From: an uncultured delta proteobacterium
GTDB lineage: Bacteria > Desulfobacterota > Binatia > Binatales > Binataceae
Assembly: GCA_963717045.1 (NCBI GenBank)
Contig: CAVQVD010000003.1
Location: 9,650-73,649, forward strand
Direction of reading: 5' to 3'
Length of the DNA stretch: 64,000 nucleotides
Part shown: piece by piece, positions 9,897-20,168 of the stretch
Layout: each line of letters starts with the position of its first letter
Position numbering within the stretch: position 1 is the stretch's first letter
The notes under the pieces: generated by a model
Databases searched by the model: none
Seen by the model: the letters and a program-made list of their open reading frames with translations, nothing else
Told to the model about the DNA's origin: nothing
Program-made: the position numbers and the translations under genes

Positions 9897-10439
9897 CTAC
9901 AATTCCAGTTCGATCACGCGGCGGTCGCGTTTTGCGAGGTCAAGGAACTCGATATACGGGCGTGCGCCGGGCGCCTTTTGAGTCCCGACTTCCTTCTCGA
10001 GGTCAGTGGTGCCTTCGCCGGGATTTTTGCGAGTGACATTGATGAACTGGCATTCCGCGCCGAGCGCGACCACGTTGTGCCAAGTACCTTTGTCGATGAA
10101 CGCGGCCTGGCCAGGTTCGATGATGAAGGCTGCGAGTTTCTCGTAAGCTACCTCGAAGCGCTCGTGACCCTGCTCGCGGTTGCGCGGCGCCGGCGCCACG
10201 ATCAAGGCCATCGACCCGCGAACCGGGATAAAGGTCTGGTTATACGAAAAATGAACCGCCATCTGCGATAGCCGCCGCGGACTCACAGGCCGCTTGAGCG
10301 TCAGGAGTTCGATCGCCACTCGCCCCTCGCCAGCGTCGACTTCCGGATACACCGGCTCGCGGTTTTCGAGCAACCGGCCGAAGGGCCGAAAGGCCTCGGC
10401 CGTGATCGGCTCGACCTTCACCTTGATAGTTTCTTCCAT
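9897..10439 (-). CDS. Ureidoglycolate lyase (AllA)-like cupin
   Basis: EPITAEAFRPFG, H..YNQTFIP, KGTWH cupin motifs. Confidence 0.75.
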   Translation of the reverse strand: MEETIKVKVEPITAEAFRPFGRLLENREPVYPEVDAGEGRVAIELLTLKRPVSPRRLSQMAVHFSYNQTFIPVRGSMALIVAPAPRNREQGHERFEVAYEKLAAFIIEPGQAAFIDKGTWHNVVALGAECQFINVTRKNPGEGTTDLEKEVGTQKAPGARPYIEFLDLAKRDRRVIELEL

Positions 10440-10577
10440 CGGATCTTGCCCTCCGCGACCGGTGCGCCGCGCGAGCGGCATCGGAACAAATCGCTCGGCC
10501 AGTGTGTCGATTCAGATGTCTAGCAACTCCAAATTAGTTTGACAACGAACGCCGCGCGGGCGCATACGTCGGAACTG

Positions 10578-11681
10578 ATGACCTCGGGCAATCCGATCGC
10601 GAGCAGCCCCAACCGTCTCAAGCTCGGCGTTTTCGGTCTCAACGTGAGCGGCGGCTGCGCGATGACCAGTGCGGCCGACACGCTAAAAATCGAATGGCAG
10701 GAGTCAGTCCGGATCGCTCGTGCGGCAGAGGCGGCGGGGATCGAAGCGCTGGTGCCGGTCGCGCGCTGGCGAGGTTTTGGCGGAGCGACCAACTTCAACC
10801 ATCGCAGCTTCGAGACGCTGACCTGGGCGGCCGGCCTGGCCGCGGCGACCGAGCGCATCGGGATCTTCGCCACCGTACACACGCCGACCGTGCATCCGGT
10901 GCGCGCGGCCAAGGAAATCGCGACCATCGATCACATTTCGGGCGGCCGCTTCGCGCTCAACATCGTGGCCGGATGGAACGAGCCCGAGATTCGGATGTTC
11001 GGGGTGTCGCAACGCGAGCACGATCAGCGCTACGCCTTCGCCGACGAATTCACGACCTTGCTGAAGCGCCTGTGGACCGAGAACGAATTCGATTTCTCGG
11101 GGAATTTCTTTACCGTGCCTGGTGCGTACTCCGAGCCCAAGCCGGTGCAGCGCCCGTGGCCCTTGATCATGAGCGCGGGCAATAGCCCGGCCGGCCGCGA
11201 CTTCGCCGCCCGCCATGCCGATCTGAATTTCGCGTTGGGCCCCGACCTGCCGACACTCGCAGCCACCTGCGCCGACATCAAGCGGCTCGCGCGTGAACGC
11301 TATGGGCGCGAGCTCAGCGTGTTCACAATGGGTTACGTGGTCTGTCGTGAGACCGAACGCGAGGCAATTCAGTATCGCGACTACTATGTCAAGGAAAAGG
11401 GCGACTTCGCCGCCGCACACAATCTGCTCGAGACTTTGATTCCGAATTCGCAAAGCGCACTCGGCGATCAGTACCGGGCGATGGTCGAAAACTTCATCGC
11501 CGGCTACTCCGCCATGCCGCTGGTCGGAACGCCCGAGCAGGTGGTCGAGGGAATGAGCGAGATGGCGCGCGCCGGGTTCGACGGCCTCACGCTTAGCTGG
11601 GTCGACTACGACGAGGGCATTGCGCAGTATCGCGACCTGCTTCGCCCGCTGCTCGTCCAGGCCGGCCTGCGGGTCGAGTAA
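10578..11681 (+). CDS. LLM-class flavin-dependent monooxygenase (RutA/SsuD-like)
   Basis: PVARWRGFGG, ATIDHISGGRFALNIVAGW, PKPVQRP, SAGNSPAG, VGTPEQV. Confidence 0.9.
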   Translation: MTSGNPIASSPNRLKLGVFGLNVSGGCAMTSAADTLKIEWQESVRIARAAEAAGIEALVPVARWRGFGGATNFNHRSFETLTWAAGLAAATERIGIFATVHTPTVHPVRAAKEIATIDHISGGRFALNIVAGWNEPEIRMFGVSQREHDQRYAFADEFTTLLKRLWTENEFDFSGNFFTVPGAYSEPKPVQRPWPLIMSAGNSPAGRDFAARHADLNFALGPDLPTLAATCADIKRLARERYGRELSVFTMGYVVCRETEREAIQYRDYYVKEKGDFAAAHNLLETLIPNSQSALGDQYRAMVENFIAGYSAMPLVGTPEQVVEGMSEMARAGFDGLTLSWVDYDEGIAQYRDLLRPLLVQAGLRVE

Positions 11682-11780
11682 GGTGATCCTCACGTGCTGA
11701 CGTGGAACTCACAAAGAGCGCTAGAAACTTAAGAGCTGCTGTACATCGTCAAACTATACATAGAGCATAATAAAAGTGCC

Positions 11781-11810
11781 TTGACACTAATTGCCTCTAC
11801 AGAGTAGCCT
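11781..11810 (+). promoter_or_regulatory. Putative sigma70 promoter for exeA (TTGACA-N18-TAGCCT)
   Basis: Perfect -35 hexamer within an AT-rich intergenic tract. The -10 is degenerate. Confidence 0.5.
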
Positions 11811-11950
11811 CTTAGCGGAGCGACTGCCGCGGCTTGACCGCGACGGGAAGGGCGCGGGAGCAGACTGATGATGCGGCCTCTGGACGCGCCAGCGTCGCCG
11901 GGGGGCCTGACACCCGGGCAGTTGCGCGAGAGGGGGGAGTGTGAAGGCCT

Positions 11951-12976
11951 ATGTACTACAGCCACTTCGGTCTCACCGGTCCGCCGTTTCAGCTCACTTC
12001 ATCGCCCGCCCAACTCTACATGAGCAAGGAGCATCGCGAGGCCTATGCCGCCCTGGAATGGGGCCTGCTGCATGAGCCAAGCGGCTTTACGGTCCTGATC
12101 GGCGAGGTCGGAACGGGCAAGACCACGCTGGCGCTGACGATTCTCACGCGCCATTACGAGAATGTACGCACCGTCTTTTTGACCAATCCCAAGCTGACCT
12201 TCGAGGAGATGGTGAAGGTCATCATGCAGCAGCTCGGGATCAAGACCCGGAGCAGAACCAAGCTGGCCGAACTCGAGGCGGTGAACGACTTCCTGTGCGC
12301 GCTTAAGCCGAGCGAGCGCGTCGTCGTAATTATGGACGAGGCGCAGGGGCTGAGCGACGAGACGATGGAGCAGCTCCGGCTACTGTCGAACAGCGGAAAA
12401 CCCGACGTAAAGCACCTTCACTTCGTGTTCATAGGACAACCCGAGTTGCTGCGCAGGCTGGCCGAGCCGTCGCTGCGCCAGCTCCAGCAGCGTATCGGCG
12501 CCAAGACTGTGCTGAAGCCGATGCAGCGCGACGAATGCCGCGAGTACATCGAGCAGCGGTTGCGTGTGGTAAACGGCACCGCCGGAAGAATTTTCAAGCC
12601 AGGAGCGCTCCGCCACCTTATTAGGCACAGCGGCGGGATTCCGCGCCGCATCAATGTGTTGTGTCACAACGCAATGCTGCTCGCGTACTCCGGCGGCGTC
12701 AGGATGGTCGATACGCGGATGGTCGAAGCGTCGGTGACCGAGTACGACAGCCTCTTCTCGAAGCTACGCTCGCCGGCATCCGGCGAAAGGGACGCGAGGG
12801 TCCGGCAATGGCTCGGGCGCGCGCTCGAAGCCGTCGCGCTCAGAATGTTGGTGCTGGCGCGCAGGCTCAATCCGCGCGAGATTCGCGCGTTCGAGGACGA
12901 GCCGGAGAAAGTCGCCGACCCGGACGACGACAGGGCTGCGCTCGAAAAGCCCGGCTCGGTGGCGCAGACTAGCTAG
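11951..12976 (+). CDS. ExeA/GspA-family AAA ATPase
   Basis: YYSHFGL..PPF, Walker A GEVGTGKT, Walker B IMDEAQ, IGQPEL, SGGIPRRINVLC. Confidence 0.9.
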   Translation: MYYSHFGLTGPPFQLTSSPAQLYMSKEHREAYAALEWGLLHEPSGFTVLIGEVGTGKTTLALTILTRHYENVRTVFLTNPKLTFEEMVKVIMQQLGIKTRSRTKLAELEAVNDFLCALKPSERVVVIMDEAQGLSDETMEQLRLLSNSGKPDVKHLHFVFIGQPELLRRLAEPSLRQLQQRIGAKTVLKPMQRDECREYIEQRLRVVNGTAGRIFKPGALRHLIRHSGGIPRRINVLCHNAMLLAYSGGVRMVDTRMVEASVTEYDSLFSKLRSPASGERDARVRQWLGRALEAVALRMLVLARRLNPREIRAFEDEPEKVADPDDDRAALEKPGSVAQTS

Positions 12977-13094
12977 TCTTCAGACGTTCGCTTAACCCGG
13001 TAATTGCGATTATCGACGCAACGATCAGGAGCGGGAGGACGATCACAAGGACCGTATCGAACTTTCCGCACGGCGCACATATATAAGGACACGG

Positions 13095-13595
13095 CTAGGT
13101 GAACATCGCCCCGAGCCCCTTGGGACGCACTAACTTGCCGGCCGGCTTCAGTTCCGTGGCGAGCCGTTCGAGCCGCTCCTTGAACGCCTTGAGATCCTCC
13201 GCCTGCCGGCGCTCGAACTCGGCGCGATCGAGCTTCATTTCCCCGCGCTCAAAGGTGTCACGCGCACGCTTGCGCGGATTCCAAAAACCCTCGAACACCT
13301 GGCGCATGCCCTTGGCGATGGTACTGTTTGGAACCCATGAGCCTTGGCACGACGGGCAATGGAAGACCACACCCGCGTGAAAGTTCCGATAAGGCACCAC
13401 GAAGCGCTTGTCGCAATCCTTGCAGATTAGCGGCACCTCCCACCCAAGCGGATCGAATTCGTCGATCGGTTGTGGCGGCAGCGGCTTGGATGGCAACGGC
13501 GAGGGCGCGCCCACCGCTGCGGGCGCGTCGGCGGCCGGCGCCGCAGGTGCTCCAGCCGGAGCGCCGTGCTTATTCTGTAGATCTTCAGGCGTCAT
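13095..13595 (-). CDS. Hypothetical protein with a Pro/Ala-rich N-terminus and a CxxC-x16-CxxC zinc ribbon
   Basis: ICKDC...FHCPSC followed by a charged helical C-terminus. Codon pattern looks coding. Confidence 0.7.
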   Translation of the reverse strand: MTPEDLQNKHGAPAGAPAAPAADAPAAVGAPSPLPSKPLPPQPIDEFDPLGWEVPLICKDCDKRFVVPYRNFHAGVVFHCPSCQGSWVPNSTIAKGMRQVFEGFWNPRKRARDTFERGEMKLDRAEFERRQAEDLKAFKERLERLATELKPAGKLVRPKGLGAMFT

Positions 13596-13789
13596 AGGGA
13601 CGTTGTGCGGGACGCGGACGGCGACTTGCCCATCGGCAATCCGTCTCGGCAATCTAGCAATGAGCCGATACTCCGGCAATTGCGCAGCAAGTGCGCGCCC
13701 CGCGGCGCGCACTTGCTGCTTTCAACCGCGCGTCGCTTTTGTCTATGCTTGGTTCGAGCGTTTGCCTGCGGAGGCTCGATAGTCTGCCG

Positions 13790-14980
13790 ATGGATCTCGA
13801 ATTCACACCGGAGGAAGAGCAATTCCGCCACAAGCTCCGGTTGTGGCTCGAAGAAAACGTGCCGTTGAGCGGGTTGCGCGGCGCTGACCCCAATGCCACG
13901 CGCGACAGCTCGGCGATCGAAAAGGCCCGCGCCTGGCAGCGCCGCCTCTACGACGTAGGCTATGTCGCGCTCGCCTGGCCGCGCGAGTATGGCGGCCAGG
14001 AGCTGGATCCCGTGCGCCAGTCGATCGTTAACGAAGAGATGGTGCGGGCGCGCGCACCCGGTCTGGTCGGCGGGATGGGAATCTCGATGCTCGGTCCGAC
14101 GCTGATCAGCTGGGGCAGCGACGAACAGAAGCGGCGCTATCTGCCGAAAATCCTGACCGCCGAGGAGATCTGGTGCCAGGGCTATTCGGAGCCCGGCTCG
14201 GGATCCGACTTAGCCGCACTGCGCACGCGCGCCGCGATTGTCGGCGACGAGTTCGTAATCAACGGACAGAAGGTCTGGACCTCAGGCGCGCATTACGCCG
14301 ACATGATGTTCTGCCTGGTGCGCACCGATCCCGAAGCGCCCAAGCATCGTGGCATTTCCTATGTCCTCATCGACATGCGGACGCCCGGCATCACGGTGCG
14401 TCCGCTAATCCAGATGACCGGAGCGCACAGTTTCAACGAGGTCTTCTTCGACAACGTGCGCGTGCCACGCGAGAATCTGGTCGGCAAGTTGAACGAGGGA
14501 TGGCTGGTCGCCAACGCGACACTCTTCCACGAGCGCAATATGCTGGGCTCGACCACCACCAGCCAGCAATTGATGGCGCGGCTGCTGGCGCTCGCGCGCA
14601 CGACTCATCGCAATGGCCGCCCGCTTAGCACCGACCCGGTCTTCCGCCAGCGCCTGGCCGATCTCGAGATCCGGGTCGCGGCGATGAAATATCACATGCT
14701 GCGCCAGCTCACAGACCAGGTGCGCGGGCGCAATCCGGGAATCGAGGCGATGGTCAACAAGCTTGCCGGCACCGAGCTCAACCACGACATCGGGACCGCG
14801 GCGATGGAGGCGTTGGGGGATCATGCGATGCTCGCGCGCGGCGAGCCAGAGGCGATGGACCGTGCATTCTGGCCTTACGAATGGATGTTCTCGCTGGGAC
14901 TGGTGATCGGCGGGGGAACCTCGCACATCCAGAAAAATATCATTGCCGAGCGTGGGCTCAAGATGCCCAAGTCGCGCTAG
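13790..14980 (+). CDS. Acyl-CoA dehydrogenase (FadE26/29-like subunit)
   Basis: WCQGYSEPGSGSDLA, NGQKVWTS, FNEVFFDNV, IGGGTSHIQKNIIAER. Confidence 0.92.
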   Translation: MDLEFTPEEEQFRHKLRLWLEENVPLSGLRGADPNATRDSSAIEKARAWQRRLYDVGYVALAWPREYGGQELDPVRQSIVNEEMVRARAPGLVGGMGISMLGPTLISWGSDEQKRRYLPKILTAEEIWCQGYSEPGSGSDLAALRTRAAIVGDEFVINGQKVWTSGAHYADMMFCLVRTDPEAPKHRGISYVLIDMRTPGITVRPLIQMTGAHSFNEVFFDNVRVPRENLVGKLNEGWLVANATLFHERNMLGSTTTSQQLMARLLALARTTHRNGRPLSTDPVFRQRLADLEIRVAAMKYHMLRQLTDQVRGRNPGIEAMVNKLAGTELNHDIGTAAMEALGDHAMLARGEPEAMDRAFWPYEWMFSLGLVIGGGTSHIQKNIIAERGLKMPKSR

Positions 14981-15048
14981 AACGCCGGCGAAAAGTTGCG
15001 CCGGAAACTTCGGCGCGATTGCAGATCTATTTGGGGGCGGAGCTTTGA

Positions 15049-16170
15049 ATGGACTTCGGGCTTAGCGACGAGCAGCGCCAATTGCGCGAGAGCGCCCGCG
15101 AATTTCTGAGCAACGAATGTTCGCCCGCATACATGCGCAAGACCATGGCCGACGAGGCGGGCGCGGCTCGCGAGCTGTACGCGGCCATCGCGGGCCTCGG
15201 ATGGAACGGGCTCCTCGTGCCCGAGCGTTACGGCGGCGCCGGGATGGGCATGCTCGACATGGGGGTGCTGCTCGCCGAGACCGGTTACGCCGCGATGCCC
15301 GGTCCGTTTTTGTTTTCCTCCACACTCGCCGCGAGTGCCCTGGTGCATGGCGGATCTGACGAAATCAAGGAGCGATGGCTTAACTCGCTCGCCACCGGCA
15401 CTGCGATCGGGACGGTTGCGATAACCGAGCGCAACGATTCGCTCAACCCGGTCGAGATGGCTACGAGCGCGCGGCGCGAGGGCTCAGGCTGGTTGCTCAA
15501 TGGGACCAAGATGTTCGTGCCTTACGCTCACACCGCCGGATTCATCGTGGTGGTGGCGCGCATCGGGTCGTCGCCCGCCGATGTCGGTCTGTTCGTGGTG
15601 CAGGCGGACGCCCCTGGCGTGCGCATCCGAATGCTGCGGGGACTCGACCTCACCCGTCGGCTGTGCGCTCTCGACCTCGACGCGGTGGTGGTACCGCGCA
15701 GCGCGGAATTGAGCGGCGGTATGGCGCTCTACTCGCGGCTGCTCGATATCGGCGCGCTCGCGATCGCCGCGGACTCGCTCGGCGGGATGGATCGCGCGCT
15801 TGCGATGGCGGTGGACTACTCCAAGGTGCGCGAGCAGTTCGGCAAGCCGATCGGATCGTTCCAGGCGCTCAAGCACGCGGCCGCCGAGATCGTTGCCGAA
15901 CTCGAGCCGGCCCGCGCACTACTGTGGTACGCAGCCTACGCCCAGGACGCCGGCGCAGATGACGCACCGCGAGCCGCCGCGATGGCCAAGGCGCTACTCT
16001 GCGCGATCTATACGCGGGGCACCGATCGCGCGGTGCTGATGCATGGCGGGATCGGCTTCACCTGGGACCACGACATCCATCTGTGGTTCAAACGTGCGCG
16101 CTTCAACGAATCGTTTCTCGGCTCCCCAGCTCACCATCGCGAACGCGTGGCGGCGCTCGGCGGATATTGA
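15049..16170 (+). CDS. Acyl-CoA dehydrogenase (FadE27/28-like partner subunit)
   Basis: REQFGKPIGSFQALKH, HGGIGFTWDHD. Lacks the SEPGSGSD motif. Confidence 0.9.
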   Translation: MDFGLSDEQRQLRESAREFLSNECSPAYMRKTMADEAGAARELYAAIAGLGWNGLLVPERYGGAGMGMLDMGVLLAETGYAAMPGPFLFSSTLAASALVHGGSDEIKERWLNSLATGTAIGTVAITERNDSLNPVEMATSARREGSGWLLNGTKMFVPYAHTAGFIVVVARIGSSPADVGLFVVQADAPGVRIRMLRGLDLTRRLCALDLDAVVVPRSAELSGGMALYSRLLDIGALAIAADSLGGMDRALAMAVDYSKVREQFGKPIGSFQALKHAAAEIVAELEPARALLWYAAYAQDAGADDAPRAAAMAKALLCAIYTRGTDRAVLMHGGIGFTWDHDIHLWFKRARFNESFLGSPAHHRERVAALGGY

Positions 16171-16189
16171 ACATCATCGGGTGCTTCGA

Positions 16190-17230
16190 GTGAAATTCGA
16201 CCTCTTCTACCAATTGCCGACAGCGGATTCGCAAAACCCCGCCGCGCGCTATCGCGAGCTGGTCGCCGAGGCGGTCGAAGCCGACCGCCTTGGGTTCGAC
16301 ACGTTGTGGCTGGCGGAGGTTCATTTTACGCCGCGCTTCTCGGTGATGCCGGCGCCGCTGCTCCAGCTCGCCGCGATCGCGGAGCGCACGACGCGGCTGC
16401 GCCTGGGGATAGCGGTCAACCTGCTCCCGCTTCATCATCCGGTGCGCCTGGCCGAGGAGATAGCGACGCTCGACGTGCTCTCGGGCGGCCGGGTCAACTT
16501 CGGCGCCGGGCGCGGCGCATTTCCCAGCAATTACCAGGGTTACGGCGTCGATATGGCGACCAGCCGCGAGCGCTTCCAGGAGATGCTCACGTTCATCAAG
16601 CGCGCGTGGACCGAGGATCGCCTGAACTTTCGCGGACGGTTCTACGAAGTCGAGGGTGTCGAAGTTATTCCTAAGCCCGTACAGCGTCCGCATCCGCCTT
16701 TTCGCCTCGCCGCCAACAGTCCCGACACGTTCGGCTTCGCCGGCGCCAACGCCTATCCAATTTTCGCCGGCGGCCCGGTGAATCCGATAAACGTGCTGCC
16801 GGAGCGGCTCGCGGTGTATCGCGGTGCGCTGGAGGCGGCAGGCAAGAAGTTGCCTGAGGATTGGCTGGCGGCGATGTTCCTGACATTCGTTGGCAAGGAC
16901 CAAGCCGCAGTGCGCGCGACCATCGGACCAAGTCTGGAAAATTACTTCCAAACCATCACGGATACGATCCGCCCCGAGAGCCTCGCGCAGCCCGACGACT
17001 TTCAGCGCGTGGTCGAGCGGATGCGCGCGATCACCTACGAGGAAGTGGATTCGCGGATGGCCGTGTTCGGCGAGCCGCAACGCTGCGTTGACCGGATCGC
17101 CGCGCTCAGGGAGCAATTCGGATTCACGCGTATGGTTTGTTGGTTCGAGACCGGCGGCCTGAGCGGACATCGCAATCTGATCGACGCGATGCGCCTGTTC
17201 GCCGAACGCGTGATGCCGCACTTCAATTGA
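16190..17230 (+). CDS. LLM-class flavin-dependent oxidoreductase
   Basis: WLAEVHF, HPVRLAEEIATLDVLSGGR, PKPVQRPHPP. GTG start at 16190. Confidence 0.9.
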   Translation: MKFDLFYQLPTADSQNPAARYRELVAEAVEADRLGFDTLWLAEVHFTPRFSVMPAPLLQLAAIAERTTRLRLGIAVNLLPLHHPVRLAEEIATLDVLSGGRVNFGAGRGAFPSNYQGYGVDMATSRERFQEMLTFIKRAWTEDRLNFRGRFYEVEGVEVIPKPVQRPHPPFRLAANSPDTFGFAGANAYPIFAGGPVNPINVLPERLAVYRGALEAAGKKLPEDWLAAMFLTFVGKDQAAVRATIGPSLENYFQTITDTIRPESLAQPDDFQRVVERMRAITYEEVDSRMAVFGEPQRCVDRIAALREQFGFTRMVCWFETGGLSGHRNLIDAMRLFAERVMPHFN

Positions 17231-17295
17231 AAACAATCAAAGAGGCGCCGCGAGCTTGACCGTGGCGTCGACCCTTGGAGCGCTGCGCCGGAATT

Positions 17296-19132
17296 TCAGC
17301 CGTGCTCGCGCCCCTCGCGTCTCGGGCGCCGGGCGTGCGAGCCGACGGCGCCCCTTGCGCTGTTGCCGAGTGAACGCAGGATATCGCTCTTGGTGACGAT
17401 ACCCTCGAGCGATTCGTCGGATGATTTGGCAGATGATTGGTCGTAAGATTCTGTGGCCGAGGTCACCAGCAGAATCTGTGGCGCGTTCTCGCGCGTCAGC
17501 AGGCGCAAGGCTTCGTCGAGATCGGTGTCCGGCGTGATTCGGCTCACTTCGGGATCGGCGATTTCTCTCACCCGCGTCTGCTCCCAGCGCTCCACCGGAA
17601 CTTTGCTCAAGGCCCACACCGGCATCGTGCCGATGGTGCACGCGCCATCGTAGACTGGAAAGATCGTGTAGCGGTGCTGGGCCGCGACGCTGTCAGCAAA
17701 TGCGCGCAGTGTCGCGGAAGCCTGCACTCCCACCACGTGGCGCTGCATTATCTCGGCGACGGTCATCCCGCTGAGCTCGCTGACGCGCGCCGTCTGATGC
17801 AGGCGCTGATCGCCCGAGGCCGAGGCCTCGCCCGAGACCGCATAGGCGATCGCTGCGCCGACCAGGGTCGGGATGATGTAGGAATGGCTACCGCTGGTCT
17901 CGGCTACGAACACCACTGCCGCCAGCGGAGTCTTGTATCCGGCCGCGATGAACGAGGCCATCCCGACCGCCGCGAACAGGTCGCCGCGCGGTGAATGTGC
18001 CACCAACTGGGCGAAGGCCTTGCCGATTGCGCCGCCGCTCAGAAACAACGGCACGAACATCGCGCTCACTCCGCCGCAGCCCAGTGAGAACAGCGTCGCA
18101 AGCAGCTTCATCATTGCGAACACAATTAACTCGCCTGAAGCGCGTGGATGGTTAAGAATCATGTCGACGGCTTCGTAGTTGGGACCGAGCGGAATGAGCT
18201 TGCCCGGATAAAGGGTGATGTAGAGGAGGCCGCAAATTCCGGTGAGCAGGCCACCGATCAGCAGCTTGACGGTATGTGGGGTTCGCAGGTTGATGAAAAA
18301 GTTGCGCGTGCGGCGGAAGCCATTGACGAAGTTCATCGCGATGAACCCGCAGATCACTCCCAGCAGCGCCGACCATAAGAGGTCGCTGTCAGAAAACGGG
18401 GCGGCGCCGCCGAATGCGAACAACGGCGCCGTACCCATGAAGGCGACCAGTACCGCATAGGAAACCACCGAAGCGATGAGCGAAGGTAACAGCGCCTCGT
18501 GCGCGAGATCGTCCTTGTACGGCATCTCGAGCGCAAATATGAGTCCGGTCAGCGGCGCGCGAAATACCGCCGCCATCCCGGCCGCGGCGCCGCTGATCAG
18601 CATGATCCGCCGATCGCGAGGCTCCAGCCTCAGCCCAAAGCGCTTGAGTTTCGTCCACAGCCACGAGCCGATCGCGCCGCCACCGTAGATGCTCGGCCCT
18701 TCGAGTGCCGCGCTGCCGCCGAAACCGACTGTGGTGACCGCAGCGAGCAGCTTGTACCAGAACGGACGCATGTCGATGTCGCCCTGATGTTCGTGGTACG
18801 ACTGGATAATCTCTTCGGTGGAATGGCGATCCGGATCGGGCGTCAGAAATTGCATGATGAGTCCGGTGAGCAGGAAACCGAAGAGCGTCACCGGAACGAT
18901 CGCATCGGGATGAGCGAGCAGGAACGGAAGTATTGCGGACCAAATGCCGCTTAGAATCAGCAGCGCGATGCCGGTAATTACCAAGCCCGACGCCACGCCG
19001 ATAAATGGTGCGACCAACAGCCACTTTTGAATGTCACGGGAGTAAGTGGCAGACAGATCCTCGCTGACCAGCGCCGAAAATTTACGGATCAGTGGATTGT
19101 CGAACCACTGAGAATTTTTCTATCGAGGCCAA
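17296..19132 (-). CDS. ClC-family chloride channel/antiporter with C-terminal CBS pair (one extra base just after the probable start)
   Basis: GGSAALEGP, GAAAGMAAVFRAPLTG..FALE, CBS domains. Protein-like sequence continues upstream of TTG 19017 (NSQWFDNPLIRKFSALVSEDL). A GAGGTG-N5-TTG start at 19132 comes into frame if one A is removed from the run at 19115-19119. Confidence 0.85.
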
Positions 19133-19534
19133 AGGCGCACCTCGCAAACTCCTGAGACGAGAATTCAGTAATGGTTGTGCCGAAGTGCAACATCTGTTGC
19201 GATATCGACTGCGGCTGTCTCGTGTGCGGTTCGAGACCGCTTTATCGCTTCGGGTTACCGAGCGACGTCTCTGACTATGTTTGTTCTTTATAGCTAACCG
19301 AAGGGCATCTATAACCAAGTTCGGCAACGATTCCGCTGGGATCCAGTTTCGCGGAAGACGCCAACGCGACAGGTCAAAATGAACGCGCCCTCGGCGAGCA
19401 ACGGACTATAGTACCCTCGCGATGGCACGGCAATTGTATCGAAACATTGTAACGCGGAGCGTCTCCGCGGCGTTGCGGCGCTGACTTACGTTACTTCCGC
19501 CGCGATTAATGTATAGTGCAGGGTGCGAGGCCGT

Positions 19535-19996
19535 ATGGATATGGAAACGAACGAACAAGCGCCGCCTGAGTTTGGCGTCCGGGTCTTCCTGGTCGAGGAC
19601 AATCCCGAACACTCCTTCATCGCGGTAACCGTAATTCGGCAGGTGCTTGGCGATGCGAGCGAAGTTATCGTGGCCGAAAATGCCGACGAAGCGGTCGAGC
19701 TGATACAACAGTTCACCGACACGGATCGGCCCGACCTGATGCTGGTCGATCTGCGATTGCCTGACAATGGCGGCTTCGCCGTGCTGTCGGCGGCGCGCGC
19801 TCATGAGCCGTGCGCGCACGTGCCGATGTTCGTGATCACAAGCTCGCTGTACGACCTCGACATTGCACAGAGCTATGAGCTCGGGGCTTCGGCGGTGCTG
19901 TGCAAGCCGCTCTCGCGCGCGATCCTCAAGGAGGAACTCGCGCGCATCGGCGTGATTCCCGGCAAACCGTCGGGATCGTCGGCGGCATCGTCTTAA
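19535..19996 (+). CDS. Single-domain response regulator (Rcp1-like receiver)
   Basis: LVEDN, phosphoacceptor VDLRLP, ITSS, SYELGA, CKP. Confidence 0.88.
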   Translation: MDMETNEQAPPEFGVRVFLVEDNPEHSFIAVTVIRQVLGDASEVIVAENADEAVELIQQFTDTDRPDLMLVDLRLPDNGGFAVLSAARAHEPCAHVPMFVITSSLYDLDIAQSYELGASAVLCKPLSRAILKEELARIGVIPGKPSGSSAASS

Positions 19997-20114
19997 AAGC
20001 TTTTTTCTTCCTAAAAGCCTTTCATCCGTTTCAAGCCGCTGCGCCTGACCCGTGGATCGCTCCACTGGGTCGTAGGCATCGGCGTGCCTCCGCAACTCAG
20101 CGTTCCCGGATCCC

Positions 20115-20168
20115 TTGACATAAAGTCGAAGCGGTAGTAATTAACCATAAGGTTATTTAACCTTATGG
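20115..20168 (+). promoter_or_regulatory. Promoter (-35 TTGACA at 20115) and ArsR-type operator CCATAAGGTTA-TT-TAACCTTATGG
   Basis: Perfect 11-2-11 inverted repeat at 20145-20168 overlapping the arsR ATG. Confidence 0.8.

Noticed and set aside
10578-17230. LLM genes as luxAB partners of the luxC/luxE-like genes (bioluminescence)
   Set aside because: They are 35-43 kb away, not an adjacent alpha/beta pair, and sit in catabolic contexts. No luxD or luxG is present.
19082-19400. Fluoride riboswitch upstream of the ClC gene
   Set aside because: The conserved GGxGAUGG...GCUGAUGAC core is not present on the minus strand, and the protein lacks fluoride-type motifs.
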